Below, piece by piece: positions 40,560 to 54,070 of a DNA stretch of 64,000 bases. The stretch is from Mobula hypostoma (taxonomy: Eukaryota): positions 24,552,001 through 24,616,000 of the forward strand of contig NC_086106.1 of the NCBI RefSeq assembly GCF_963921235.1, read 5' to 3'. The stretch's first letter is position 1; every line of letters starts with the position of its first letter. The notes below the pieces were generated by a model that worked only from the letters and a program-made list of their open reading frames with translations, was not told the DNA's origin and did not search any database. The position numbers and the translations under genes are program-made.

Positions 40560-41100
40560 TTCCACCTATTCACTGGTAAAAAATGATTGCCCTTTGCCAT
40601 TGTTATTCTGTCTCCTCCGTGTTCCGTTCTCAGTGTGATGCTTTCAATAAAAGCGAAAGAACGTTTAAGATGTTATTATTCTGTGAAATACAGGGGTTCC
40701 CTTCCTCTAAATTCGATACTGCACTCACGCGCATCTACTCCATTTTTCATCGTCCCATCGCCGTGAGAGGGATAAAGTTCCCATTGTACTTAGAGACTCA
40801 GCCAGTACATTACGCCACGGAACTTCCGCTATCGTCCACGAGACATATTTCGAAGCACAACTTTCCCTCCATCTTTCCATTTTTTTCCCCGCTTTTTGCA
40901 GGGAGCACCCTCTCCGCGACTCCATTGTCATGCGCAACTGCATACGGCACTCGATGCTGTCACTTTTTCTTGCAAATGGAATATCTGCTAATTTGGCCCA
41001 TCATTTCGTCGCTCACCACCAGTCAGGTCCCAAACAGTCTTTCCAGATTAGTCAATACTTTACTCGCCTGTCTTTCGTGGACTGACTCCAACTTTCCCTG
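40560..41100 (+). mobile_element. Old Penelope-like fragment; further remnant at 42520-42610
   Basis: Degenerate similarity to 25100-25360. The 42520-42600 piece encodes EQNVLFCLGTLGPDGMNIDLSNFR. Confidence 0.6.
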
Positions 41101-41282
41101 ACGCTCCAGGCGCGGACCAGAATGCTAGAATAAAATCGAGCTGGATTGGGGAGCTTCTCCGGGCATCTTCGCTCTGCCCCTGAAAATAAAGTTCAAGGTA
41201 AATTTACCAGTGAGATCATTTACTTGTGAGCATACTCAGAAAATTCAGCAAATGTAATAGAGTTATTGAAATATGGCACACA

Positions 41283-41465
41283 NNNNNNNNNNNNNNNNNN
41301 NNNNNNNNNNNNNNNNNNNNNNNNNNNNNNNNNNNNNNNNNNNNNNNNNNNNNNNNNNNNNNNNNNNNNNNNNNNNNNNNNNNNNNNNNNNNNNNNNNNN
41401 NNNNNNNNNNNNNNNNNNNNNNNNNNNNNNNNNNNNNNNNNNNNNNNNNNNNNNNNNNNNNNNNN
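41283..41465. other. Assembly gap (183 N)
   Basis: Run of N. Confidence 1.
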
Positions 41466-41579
41466 ACATGAAATGAATAAGTCCTCGAAAGTGAGTCGAT
41501 AGCTTGGAGGAACAGTTAACTGATGGGCAGGTTTTCCCCCAATGGTTCAACAGCCTAATATTTGACTGGTAAGACATTT

Positions 41580-42480
41580 CCCTGAACCTGGAAACGTGAG
41601 TCTTGTGCCTCATTTACATTACATGATGGCGAACCGCATGTGTTCAATGACTAGGGTGGTAGGGCTCCCTGATAGTGAATGCTGCTTTCTTGCGACAGCG
41701 ATCTGTGCAGCTATGCTTAATGATGTGGAATGATTTATCGGTGATGGACTTGGATGTATCAAGTACTGTTTATAGGATGTTCCGTTCACAGGTATTGTAG
41801 TTCCCATGGATGTCTGTGATGAAGCCAATCAACATAATCTTATGTAGGAGCGTGACCATGCAAGATCGTACTTTCTCAAACTCAAGGAAGTAGAGGCGCC
41901 ACCTCCGAGGGGTCATGAATTTAAATTTGTTAACACTCCCTACCACTGATTCCTCTGTTAAAGTCTGTTACATGTAAATCAGGTTTCCCCTACCTGAAGT
42001 CAACAATCAGCTCCTTGGGTATATTCACATTGATTAAGATAATATTGTTGTGGCAGATTTCAATCTCCCTCCTCTCCACTGAATCAGTGTCACTCTTGAT
42101 TTGGCAGGCAAAAACGTCAGCAAATGTAAATATAGCGTTTGAACTGATGTTAGCCACATAGTCAGAAGGATAAAGTAGGTAGAGTTGGGGAACTAGCACA
42201 TAACTGTGTTGATGGAGATTATTGGTGAGATATTATTGCTAATACGAACTGACTGGGTCTGCATGTGTGGAAATCGAGCACCGAATTTAACAAGGAAGAA
42301 CTGATGCATTGAAACATAATAGTTAGTTTTTTTTTGGGGGGGAAGATAATAGCATTGAATGCCGAGATGTACATATCTGTGATGATCTCATGATTCACCT
42401 TTGTGGGAACAGCCATGAAGCAGATATCCAGGTAATTAAAATTACAAATATGACTTCCATTCTCAAAATGATTTATTGGC
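41580..42480 (-). mobile_element. Decayed Rex1/Babar-like RT fragment
   Basis: Minus-strand translations SVLDFHTCRPSQFVLAIIS, VPQLYLLY...FADV, IPKELIVDFR. Confidence 0.55.
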
Positions 42481-42829
42481 GATTGGCCTCCTCCACGGCT
42501 GACATGAAGATAGTGCCAGTTTTTGAGGAGCAAAACGTCCTGTTCTGCCTTGGTACCCTTGGACCTGATGGCATGAATATTGATTTATCTAACTTTCGGA
42601 AATTACTCGCCCCTCGGTGGCAAAGTAAGTTTTCATGCTGGAATGGAATATACTTCACGTAATCGGGAAAGCAAGAAGAATGTGAGTAGATAGATTGATA
42701 TTTTAATTGTCTACCCAAAAGACAGATTGTTCTACATTTCCTGATAAATATCATGCCATAAATTTCAAGACAGTTATTAACTCTACCAATGTGCAGTCAC
42801 TTCATACTCTTCTGTTCCCATGTTCATAG

Positions 42830-43070
42830 TGGTTGGCTCAGTGAGTAAGCACATCGGACGCATGAACACTTGGAGCTTCGGCCAGCTCAAGTGATGGCTG
42901 ACATTAGTACGTTTTTGGACTATGGGAGAAAACCAATACACCCGGAGGAAATCTAGACAGTCACGGCGAGTACCTACAAGCTCACTACAGGCGGGTTGAA
43001 ATTTGAACCTGAGTCGCTGATACTGGAATTTCTAGCGCCAGCCACTCTGCCCTCATGCTGCCCAACTCGC
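42830..43070 (-). mobile_element. tRNA-derived V-SINE/HE1-like SINE remnant
   Basis: TGGGAGAAAACCAATACACCCGGAGGAAA resembles the reverse complement of the V-SINE central domain (ttcctccgggtgctccggtttcctccca). Confidence 0.5.
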
Positions 43071-43554
43071 AGCGTTTTTTTGTGTAAGTTATACAAGAGC
43101 GTATCTCTGCTTCAACACCGAAAACCACGATTATGACGATCAGCAGTCGGCTTCATCTTCACAATGTCCAAGCCATGTCATACTGGAGTGACATTTGTCT
43201 TTTAACAAATACACAGTTTCGTACCAAAGATTAGTTCCGACGATGTCAGATCAAGAGAAATCCCCACCGTATACAGACTGAGCCGCCTGATGCATTGTTT
43301 CAACTCCGAGGTATCTTGAATAAGTGACACATTAAACAATGTGTAAATATACAGAGACATTTCTGGAATGAAATATTGCCAATAGTAGGCGTCATTTCTT
43401 CTGCAATTAGACGTTGGAATTTGATATTGGTGGAGTGCGTTGAAATGACTTATGCTTAGACTGGAACAAACAATACAACAATCATATTCCGAATTTTTGT
43501 TCAGCAGTTAGTGTGTGTGGGCCTTGCGAAATTGTCTTTGTCTCGCTCCCTGCT

Positions 43555-43810
43555 CTCTCCTCTCCCTCTCTCTCTCTCTCTCTTTCTTTCTCTCTCTCCC
43601 CCCTCTCTCCATCCCTCCCTCTCTCCCTCTCTGTTTCTATCTCTCTATATACCTCTATCTCTCTCCCGTTCTCTTTCTTTCTGTCTCTCTATCTCTTTCT
43701 CTGTCCGTTTCTCTCTCGCTCTCTCTGTCTCTCTCTTCCTCTCTCTATCTATGTCGTTTTGTGTCTCTCTCTCTCCCTAGCCATCCTTCTTTCTCTCTCA
43801 CACACACACT
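43555..43810. repeat. CT-rich polypyrimidine low-complexity tract
   Basis: Imperfect (CT)n and (CTCTGT)n run. Confidence 0.92.
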
Positions 43811-45029
43811 CTTTTTATTTCATGCTGTGAAAGGTAATTGCATGATCAATTCACCAAGAATCTGACATAGAACGGAGCATGCAGGACAATATTATTATAC
43901 GCCTAAGAGAGTGCAGAATACTTTACCGACTTTAACACATATCTAACCTTTGCATCCTAAGCATCGCTCCAGTTATGTTCTTTCATCCATCTCGTTAACT
44001 AAGAATTTCATAATTGCCGTAATATATCTGCTACGACCACAACACCTGATAGGTTGTTCTATGCACCCACAACTCTCCGTGAAAAAGAACTCTTCTCTGA
44101 TATCCAACCACCATATGCAAGTTCCTATCGATTTGTATTATGACCCCGCCTATTTTATCTGACCGCCCTTAGAGAAACTCTCTGATTATCCAGTCGAATC
44201 ATGCATCTTGGTTTCTTATGCATTTCGGTCAAGTCACTGCCGATGCTCGTGCACTTCAACTAGAAAGGTCCACTCCTGGCCATACATTCTTCGAATAAGA
44301 AGTGCTTTCGTTAAGGCAACATCCCAATAAATCATCTCCAACGTTATTACATCCTTCCGAAAAGCAGGAAATCAGAACTCAATATTGTTCCAACTGTGAT
44401 CTAATTACTGTTTTATGGAGGCTAACCATTACCTCGGAGCTCTTGGACTCCATCCTCTGATTTCTGATGCTCAATGAAACAGTAGCTCTCTCAACAAATC
44501 TTTGGAGCTGCTAAATATAATCCTATATACTCCATATTGAACGTGCAGAGGACCAACTGAGAGCTGAGAGGTCCTGTATAGGGTAGATAAATCACTGGAC
44601 TGATCACAAACTCGAGGTAGAAGTTGTTCAGATCACTACGCCACGCTTCTGGAGGTATGTACCCGATCCAGGGTCTGTTTGGGTTTCAAAGCCTTCGGTT
44701 CCTGAGAAGCATTTGTCAGAGCGTTAAGTGTTACGGGGAGAATACAAACGAATGTGTTGATAGGGATAATAAATGAACCTTGACAAAGTGACCGAGAAAA
44801 CTCGACGGGACGAAACCTGCTCATTCTTATTCTGCTTAATCTGCTCCTATTTCGCATATTATTCTGGTTTGCGGGAGAAAAAATGGTGCTTCGTGTTCGA
44901 CTGAAGAAGTAGAAATTCTCTGGCAGCCCTGCAGAAAGACTCTCTGCAACAATAATAAAAGCCAGTCATCGGAACCGGCTGACTTCAGTCATCGCTCCGT
45001 TCCAAATGGTCTGGCTCTTGAAAAAGGCG

Positions 45030-45420
45030 TTCAGCGACGTTTCGATGACAGACTCTGACATGTTCTTCAGGGATGGTGCTGAGCCATGCCGAGTCTTGTA
45101 GAATACATAGACCCGTTCGTCGTCCGCCTGGATTGGCTAGTCCTCATCCAATCAAGCGATAGCTGTTCTTCGTTGTTTATCGGCGACTTAATTTTACTTA
45201 TAGTGAGAGCTTCGTCATCGTTATACTTCTGTTTCTCTAGTTTAATTTCAATAGCTTTGTTCACCGGGTAGTCCGAAAAGTCATTGGGGATGCACAGTAG
45301 TTTGTGCCGTTGAAGCTCCACTATCACCGATTTATCGAGGTAAAGCAAATAAATACCCTCCTGTGGTCCTTCACGCGGTTTCTACAATGCGTCTCTTTTG
45401 CGACATATACGCTGCTCCGT
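45030..45420 (-). mobile_element. Second Penelope-like family: GIY-YIG C-terminus and pseudo-LTR with hammerhead-like core
   Basis: ORF 45067-45348 reads KLLCIPNDFSDYPVNKAIEIKLEKQKYNDDEALTISK. Minus strand has CTGAAGA...GAAACGTC at 45036-45070. Confidence 0.55.
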
Positions 45421-45644
45421 ATTCACAGGAAGCTGTTAAACCCGAACATTATTGACTCTCAATAAAACTTGAATGGCATAAGCTGTGATCTGAGCTTCCT
45501 TACTCGTTTGTGGATGCTAACAATCCTTATGTTTTAAAATCCCTACGAACCGTGAGGAAATTCCTCCACGTTTCCCGGTTTTTCAGTCCGTCCTTGTAAA
45601 GTTCCATTTAAAATGTTCACGTTTCCACAATTCTGTAGGTAGAA

Positions 45645-46990
45645 ACATGGAACATTGAAAACCTACAGCACAATACACGTCTTTAGGCCCACAAAGTTGT
45701 CCCGAAAGTATCCTTACCTTATAACTATCTAGGCTTACCCATAGCCCTCTACTTTTCTAAGCTCCATGTATCCATCCACGAGTCTCTTAAAACTCCCTAT
45801 CGTTTACGCCTCTGCCACCGCCGCATGTAGCACATTCCACGCACTCAACACTCTCTGTGTAAAAACTTAACCCTGACATCCCCGCTGTACCTACTTCCAA
45901 ACACCATAAAACTATGCCCTCCCGTCTTAGCCATTTCAGTCCTGGGGCAAAAACTTCTGCTTAGGCACACGATTAACGTTTCTCATTATCTTATACACTT
46001 CTATCAGCTCACCTCTCATCCTCCTCGGTCCAAGGAGAAACAGACAAGTTCACTCAATCTGCTCTCATAAGGCATGCTCCCCAATCCAGGCAACATCCTT
46101 GTAAAACGCCTCTGCACCATTTCTATGTTTTTCACTTCCGTCCTGTACTGAGGCGACCAGAATTGAGCACAATACTCCAAGTGTGGTCTGACCAGGATCC
46201 TATATAGCTGCAATATCACCTCTCGGCTTTGAAACTCGGTCCCACGATTGTTAAATGTTAATGCCTCATATGCCTTCTTAATGACAGAGTCAACCTGCGT
46301 AGATTTTTTGAGTGTCCTACGAACTTGGAACCCTGGGTTCCTCTAATCCTTCACACTGCCAAAAGCCTTGCTATTAATGTTATATGATGCCATCATATTT
46401 GGCATACTAAAATAAACCACCTCACACTTATTTGGGTAGAACGCCATCTGCCACTTCTCAGCCAAGTTGTCCATTCTGTCCAATCCCGCTGTAATATCTG
46501 ACATCAGCCACACCATCGACAACACATCCAACTTTGTGTGTTCAGCAGATTTGGTAACCCATCCTTGCAACTCCTCATGCAGGAAATTTATAAAGCCAAA
46601 AAGTGTCGGTGTCCCAGAACAGATCCCTGAGGCACACTACAAGTCACCAGCCTCCATGCAAAATATGACCCGTCTGCAACTACACTTTACCTTCTGTGGG
46701 CAAGCCAGTTCTGGATCCACAAATCAAAGTCCCCGAGGATCCCACAGTTCCTTACTTTCTCAATAAGCCTTGCATTGTGTACCTATAAAAGGTATTGCTA
46801 AAATGTATATATACTCCATCTACGGCTCTACCTTCATCAATGTATTTAGTAACATCTTAAACAAAATTCAATCAGACTTGTAAAGCACGACCTGCCTTTG
46901 ACAAAGCCATGTTGACGATTGCTAATCATATTATGCCTCTCGAAATGTTCTTAATCCGGCCTCTCGGGATCTTCCCCTTTGTCCCTACCT
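45645..46990 (-). mobile_element. CR1-type LINE 3' fragment
   Basis: ILQLYRILVRPHLEYCAQFWSP...VQRRFTRMLPG (ORF 46016-46219). Confidence 0.8.
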
Positions 46991-47129
46991 CCAAGAACCT
47001 TAAAACTATGTTCTCTCCTGCTAGCCATTACAGCCCTGGGAAAAAGCCACTGACTATCCACACGATCAATGCCTCTCATTATTTTGTACACCTCTACGTA
47101 GTGCTGAATCGTCTTACTTTATCTTGACG

Positions 47130-47530
47130 AGTCTCTGGGTCCAAAAAAGATCCATATGGTTAATCAAAGTAGAAACCGGCATTAAGGACCACTGGAGCTA
47201 TATCCGTTTGGGTTACCCGGAGAAATCGTGTGCAGCAGAACATTGCACTTGCAATGACCATGGGATTGACTTTGACGACAGACATTTTAATACCTCGTCT
47301 AATGAAGAAAGCCATTGAAACAGAAACTCGGAAAAATATTTCTAACCAAGGCGTTCTCCCTACAATTAACACTTGTTAATTGATTGTAAACAAGTTGTGG
47401 CAGCCGAAGCCTGATTATACGAGGACTAACTAATCAGATGCCCGGTCGAAGGGGCAATAAATATCACCGGAATAAAGATACACATGCATCGTCATTGATG
47501 GTTCTGGCAGAGTTTGCCGTCGAAACGCGG
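47130..47530 (+). mobile_element. Second-family Penelope-like fragment
   Basis: ETGIKDHWSYIRLGYPEKSCAAEHC...HGIDFD. Decayed hammerhead-like TTGATGG..ggcagagtttgcc..GAAAC near 47495-47527. Confidence 0.55.
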
Positions 47531-47639
47531 TAGAATATGACGTGTGTAATAAAACGGATTTGATGTGGGAACTCAAGGTAAAGGAGCCATTAGGAGGTAG
47601 TATGTTAATATGACTATCATACTATAATATGATATATAA

Positions 47640-49910
47640 TATGATGTATTAATCTACAGTTTGAGAGGGAGAAGGGAAAATCGGAAGTGTCAGTATTGCA
47701 GTTGAACAAATGGGACTAAGGAGCTATGAGGGAGGAGCTGGCCAATGTTGACTGCAATGATACCGTAGCACGGATGACAGTGGGACAACAATGGCAAATA
47801 TGTCTGGGAATAATACAGAAGGTGCAGGATCAGTACATTCCAAAGAGGAAGATATATTCTAAGGGGAGTAAGGAACGACCATGGCTGACAAGGGATGTCA
47901 AGGAAAGTATAAAAATAAAAGAAAATAAGTATAATAGAGCAAAGCTGAGCGGGAAGCCAGAGGACTGGGAAACTTTTAAAGAGCAACGGAAGATAACTAA
48001 AAAGGCAATACAGGAAGAAAAGCTGAGATACGAAGGTAAGCTCGCCAAGGACATAAAGGAAGATAGTAAAAACTTTTTTAGGTATGGGGAGAGGTAAAAA
48101 AAATAGTTAAGACGAAAGTTTGGCCCTTGAAGACAGAAACGGGTGAATTTATTATGGGGAACAAGGAAATGGCCGACGAGTTGAACAGGTACTTTGGATC
48201 TGTCTTTACTAGGGAAGACACAAACAATCTCCCAGATATAATACTGTCCAGAGGACATAGGGTACCAGAGGAACTGAAGGGAATTCACATTATGCAGAAA
48301 ACGGTGTTGGTTAGGCTGATGGGAATGACGGTTGATAAATCCCCAAGGACCGATGGTCCGCATCTCAGTGTACTAAGCAGGTGACTCTCGAAATCGTGGA
48401 ACCTTAGGAAATCATTTTCCAAATTTCTTTCGATTCAGGATTAGTTGCTGAGGTTGGAGGGTAACTAATTTTATCCCACTTTTTAAGAAAGAAGGGAAAC
48501 GGAATAAAAGGGATCTATAGACCAGTTAGCCTGACATCAGTGGTGGGGAGGACTCTGGAGTCAATTATTACACATGAAATAGCGGCACATTTGCATGGCA
48601 GTAACAGGATCGGTCCGAGTCAGCATAAATTTACGAAGGAGAAATCATGCTTGACTAATCTTCTGGATTTTTTGAGGATATATCTTTGAAAATAGACAAG
48701 GGAGAGCCAGTGGATGTAGTGTACCTGGACTTTCAGAAAGCCTTTGATAAGGTCCCACATAGGAGATTAGTGGGCAAAATTAGAACACATGGTATTGGGG
48801 ATAGGGTACTGATATGGATAGACAATTTGTTGGCAGACAGGAAACAAAAAGTAGGGATTAATGGGTGCCTTTCATAAAAACTGGCAGTGACTAGTGGTTT
48901 ACAGCACGGCTTGGTGCTGGGACCGCAACTATTTACAATATATATTAACAATTTAGATGAAGAGATTAAAAGTAACATTAGCAACTTTCAGATGACACAA
49001 AGCTAGGTGACAGTGTGAAACGTGAGGAGGATGTTATGAGAATTCAGGGTGAATTGGACAGGTTCGGTGAGTGGGCAGATGCATGGCAGATGCAGTTTAA
49101 TTTCGATAACTGTGAGGTTATCCACTTTGGTGCAAGAGCAGGAAGGCAGATACCTATCTGAATGGTGTCAAGTTGGTAAAAATGGAAGTACAACGAGATC
49201 TAGATGTCCTTGCTCATCAGTAACTGGAAATAAGTATGCAAGTACAGCAGGCAGTGAAGAAATCTAATGGCATGTTGGCCTTCATAACAAGTGGAATTGA
49301 GTATAAGAGCAAAGAAGTTCTTCTGCAGTTCTACAGGGCCCTGGTTAGACCTCAACTGGAGTATTGTGTGCAGTTTTGGTCTCCAAATTTGATGAAGGAC
49401 ATTCTGCTATTGAGGGAGTGCAGGGTAGGTTCACGAGGTGAATTCCCGGGATGGCGGGCTACCATATGATGGACAATTGCAGTGACTGGCATTGTATACA
49501 CTGGAATGTAGAAGGATGATATGGGTCTGATTGAAATATATAAAATTATTAAAGGATTCGACACGCTAGAGGAAGGAAACATGTTCCCATTGTTAGAGGA
49601 GTCCAGCATCAAAGGCCACAGTTTAAGAATAAGGGTGTCGGCCATTCAGAACAGATTTGAGGGAAAACTTTTTCAGCCAGAGAGTTGTGGATTTGTGGAA
49701 TACTCTGCGTCAGAAGGCAGTGGAGGTCAGTTCTCTGGATGCTTTCAGGAAAGAGCTAGATACAGCTATTAAAGATACCGGAGTCAAGGGATACGGGGAG
49801 AAGGCTCGAACGGAGTATTGATTGTGGGTGATCATCCATGATCACAGTAAATGACGGGGCTGGCTCGAAGGTCCTCATGTCCTAATCCTGTACCTATTGT
49901 CTGTTGTCAG
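47640..49910 (+). mobile_element. 5'-truncated decayed CR1-type LINE
   Basis: EPVDVVYLDFQKAFDKVPHRRL and KEVLLQFYRALVRPQLEYCVQFWSP. 3' cctattgtc-type tail. Confidence 0.85.
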
Positions 49911-51050
49911 AACCCCGCTGGAAGCCCGAGAATAGTTTATTCGTAATGCATAGCCAAACTGCTCCATTTGTCATGCATGCTATAGCGCAATTTTACCTAG
50001 AGACGTATGGTTATCCGTGTAATATAAGAGCCATAGTCAATATTTGGCATCATGACTAATACATAGTCGTGTGTACTGAGTTTGGACCAAACTCAAAGCT
50101 ATATTAACCAAGGCACTGCCTGCAATAACTTAACTAGAAACAAAATAAAAATTACAAGTGTTTGGGATTACAGATTAAATTGAGAACACTGCTTTATTTT
50201 GCCATCCGTATATGCGCTTGTGATATTACCTGCTTTTCCTTCTGATTTCTGTTTATCGCTCTTTCTTAGTCGTCAATTACAGTCACAAACAAGAAAATGT
50301 TGTAAGTATTTGCCTTCACGTGGTGCTCACATATAGTAAAGGCCATTTTTTTTTTGAGGAAATAACACCGACAGATTCTGATGTACGTAGAGAGTGAAAG
50401 ATTCCGCGACAAACAACAGTAATAGAAACATAAGCAGTGATTATGTTTACCACATTCTGAACATGAGATTTCCAGTCTGACATACAGTGGGTTATTGGTG
50501 TGAACGACCATAAAAAAAGAGTTGTTGCTGTATGTACAGTTTAGGTCACACTACTAAAGCAGTATATGGTAATTAGAGGGAGGTTGCAAAAGCCATTGAC
50601 TAGATATTCTTGAAAAGCAGACCGGATGTTCAAAATACAGACCGGATAAATCCAGGTATTTTTTTTCCCTTGATGCAGCTGGCAGTGGAGAAAACTGGTG
50701 GAGGTTTATAAGAAATATAAATTCCATACTTAGGATAGAACGCTGAAGCATTTTTTTTCCCACTGAAGACTTCTTTAAGCGGTGGTTTAAAGTGTGCCGG
50801 GAGAGAACGCCGAGAAGATCAAGTGAGAGATTGTTTTACGCAGAGGATATTTCATGGAGTTAGGTGTTGATACGAAATGAGCGACCGTGAGCTGAAGCCA
50901 GCACGGAATAACAATCGTTCAAAGTACACTTTGGTGTTGATATGGAAACGGCAATCTTGGAGAGATGTTCGATGAATGCAGGTAGAACGAAATTCCGACT
51001 GTTGGAACAGCAGTTAGAAGAACATGAGAAGCGAAAGCACATGATTTTAT

Positions 51051-51924
51051 TGTTACATGCACAAGGAGATCTGTTTTTTTTTGTGTGTGGATGATGTAAT
51101 GGTCATTTAGAGGTCATCTGATGTGATTTTCCCGCCGATGTGAGGTCACGTGATGACATCTGCCCCATGACTATATAGGGTCTACCCAGGTGACGCAGTC
51201 AGTTTTTGAGTTTGTAGATTTCCAGGCAGAACGTCTTGTGCCTCCGTTTCCGTTGCGTGTTTGTTTTTGTGACACAGTTTTATTTTTTTTTAAACGGAAG
51301 GTGCGTTCTCTTACAAGATGTTGTATTATAAGACAGGAAATTTGTGGCTGGAAGTGCCTGTTTACTCAATTCGGACATTTGAAGGGAGAGTGAAGAATTC
51401 ATCGAAGGATCGAGCGAAGTCAGCATCGATTGGCAGTTTAATAAATAATCGACATTATTGAGTCTTCCTTGGAAAGAACCTGCATCGAGATAACACCTGC
51501 AAAGGGCATTGAGTCCATGCAATAAGGTGCTCTCTCTCTCTAAAGGAGTTTAAGGTCAGTCGATTTAAATTGTTTATTTTCGGCATCGGGAATCCTGTGG
51601 ACAGAACCGGCAGTAAAGGTGCGTCTGTGAAGAAATCCTTCTCCAGAGAAGTCTCTCCCAATTGAATTTCTAAAACTGTTGGACTTTCAAAGTTATCGCT
51701 TTAAGAACTATATTTGACTGTATCGCTTTAAGAAGTGTTCTCGCATTTAACGCGTTAAGAACCAGAGCCGAGTGCAGTTGCTGAACGACTGAATATCTGT
51801 TAACTTCCAGTTAAAGTTTCCCTTTGTTTTTTTCCCTCTTATCGTTTATCCGTGTTTAATAAATGTTTGGTTGTTTTTATATAACTGGTATCGATTAATA
51901 TTCATTGTTGCCGGTTACGTAACA
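51051..51924 (+). mobile_element. Solo LTR
   Basis: Perfect TGTTAC...GTAACA terminal inverted repeat, TATATA at about 51172, AATAAA at about 51859, flanks TTAT/TTGT. A related fragment is on the minus strand at about 26495-26560. Confidence 0.7.
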
Positions 51925-53379
51925 TTGTAATAACCAATACTCTAATGTAATGCTCAATATAGTGCGTAGATATATAAAATTAAGAAAATTAAACCATAGT
52001 CCAGATTGTTATAGGATCAGAGATGTCGAATGGGCTTGTGCATTTTAATAGTCCTGTCCAATCTATTATTAGGCCCGTTTATTATTTTTAAACAAACTCT
52101 GCTCACATTTTCCAAGTCAGAATTCTGCTTATAATATTTGTGCATCTGACACAGATTTAGCCTGTTTCGGTATGGACTCGATATTACACTGGACAAGATC
52201 ATTTTTTTTTTCAAAAATGCTGCTTGCTTGATTTTTTTTTTCGTTTGTTAATGTTAATCAGCTTGAAGCTGAACAGAAATGAAACCCCTGGCATCTCTGG
52301 CTGCATAAGTCGAAGGAAGACACTCTCCGGTCCAGACAAACTCGAAAGATTGAGACGGCTCTCTAATGCCAGACACCGGCTCGTGAGGATGCTGTGTCAT
52401 TTGCTATCCCTAACGAATTAGTGGCACAAAGAGACAGATAGTGCCCGGTATATGATTGAAGGAATTATATTAATGAATTTCAACTTTTACTGAAGTGTTA
52501 GTAAAGAAATACAAAAATAAAGTGCCCATTTTAATTAAGCTGTCAAATGTGCACATCCTGGATCTCAGCACAATTTGGAGCTCAGCTTTTCACCATATTC
52601 ACCGATCCTCAATGGATCATTGCTCCTGGCATCATCGAATCACGGGCCCGTTCCGGGTATATTTAAACGTTCTGTTCTCTCCAGAGTCTTCTTTCTCCAT
52701 CTCCGGCCGAACCGAATCCCCACGGCCAACGATATTTTCCCTCAGCAGAAAAACATCTCCTCAGTCCAACCATCCTAATGGTGTGTCACATAACCCTCTC
52801 CATCCCTTATCAGTAACAATAAAGCAAAACAGGCTGAAGGAAGAACATATTGCTCTTACCGGACTGCCAAATGCAATTCATAAAGCATAACAGTTAATAA
52901 AATGCAACAGGGTATTACACTATTCCCCCAGCAAAGTAGTCATGCCTTCATGACTTCGAAATAATTTGTAATAACGCCATTTGCAAGGGAATTTTAAAAT
53001 CGGTCAGAACCTCCAACCTGTTTGTAAATGTAGTGATATATCTTACAAGAGGATATCCCTGACACTATTTTCCCACGGCGCTACATAGTACAGACTATCT
53101 GGGTGTCTTCTGACTCTTGAGACCTCCTTATCCCATCACCTACTTCTCTTTGGAATACTCTTTGGGACACGTTTTGGGATACTTCTGCCCTACCCGGCGA
53201 GTCTTCCCCGATCGATTAGAGTGGACAACAAAGATTTTGCTTCCTCAATACCTTTAGGTGTATATCAGTTTTGGCTACTGATTATGTAAATCAACATGAA
53301 ATGTTCTCATCATGCACAATTTTAAATAAACTTGTGTTTATTATTTCAATTCAAATTTCAAGTCAATTAAACTATTGCC

Positions 53380-54070
53380 GATAATGTAAGCTGGAAAGTT
53401 TCCTATCTTGTCCAGGCATGCTTGGGTACGCTTGGGCGGTGCGGCTGCTGCATGGCACGGCAGGGTTTCGTAATAATTATTGGATTCAAGACTGTAAGGA
53501 TAGGATTTGCTTTCACTGGGCACTAACATTTCAATGAGGTATTTTGATATTTTAGACAGATGCTTCCCAGAATAACTGATGGTAAGATTAAGTAAAGCGT
53601 TTTTTGTTGGTCCACAAGTCAAACAGGCCGTCAATAACAAGCAATTTGAAGAATTTCTAGTGGGACCGGAGAAAATCACGTGGAAGGGATTCAAGGAAGT
53701 TGCTGAAATTGTTCTCGGCATCTCCAAAGCATCAAACTCGATGCAGCTGGTTGAAAGCATGCCTCAAACATATAAAACCATTAAATGCAACATGTCACTA
53801 AAGATTCATTTTCTGCATTCCCATTTAGACCTCTCCCTGCAAATCTTGGTGCTGTTAGTGACGAGCATGGTGAAAGTTTTCACCAGGACATTGCGGTCAT
53901 GGAGAAAACATACCAGGACAACTCGAATCCATCAATAAAGGCAAATTATTGTTTTACATTTAAGCGAGAAGACTTAAACACTGAGTACAAATGAAAATCA
54001 TTCACAAAATATTTTAACTTATTTGAACTGTTGCAAAGCATCGGCAGCATTATGCAATTAGACACATTAT
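53380..54070 (+). mobile_element. DNA transposase C-terminal remnant (Chapaev/CMC-like, tentative)
   Basis: AFFVGPQVKQ...NMSLKIHFLHSHLD, then after a frameshift NLGAVSDEHGESFHQDIAVMEKTYQ. The family assignment is from recall and has not been searched. Confidence 0.55.

Noticed and set aside
43511-43865. Leu/Ser-rich ORFs in three frames
   Set aside because: Artefacts of the CT microsatellite.
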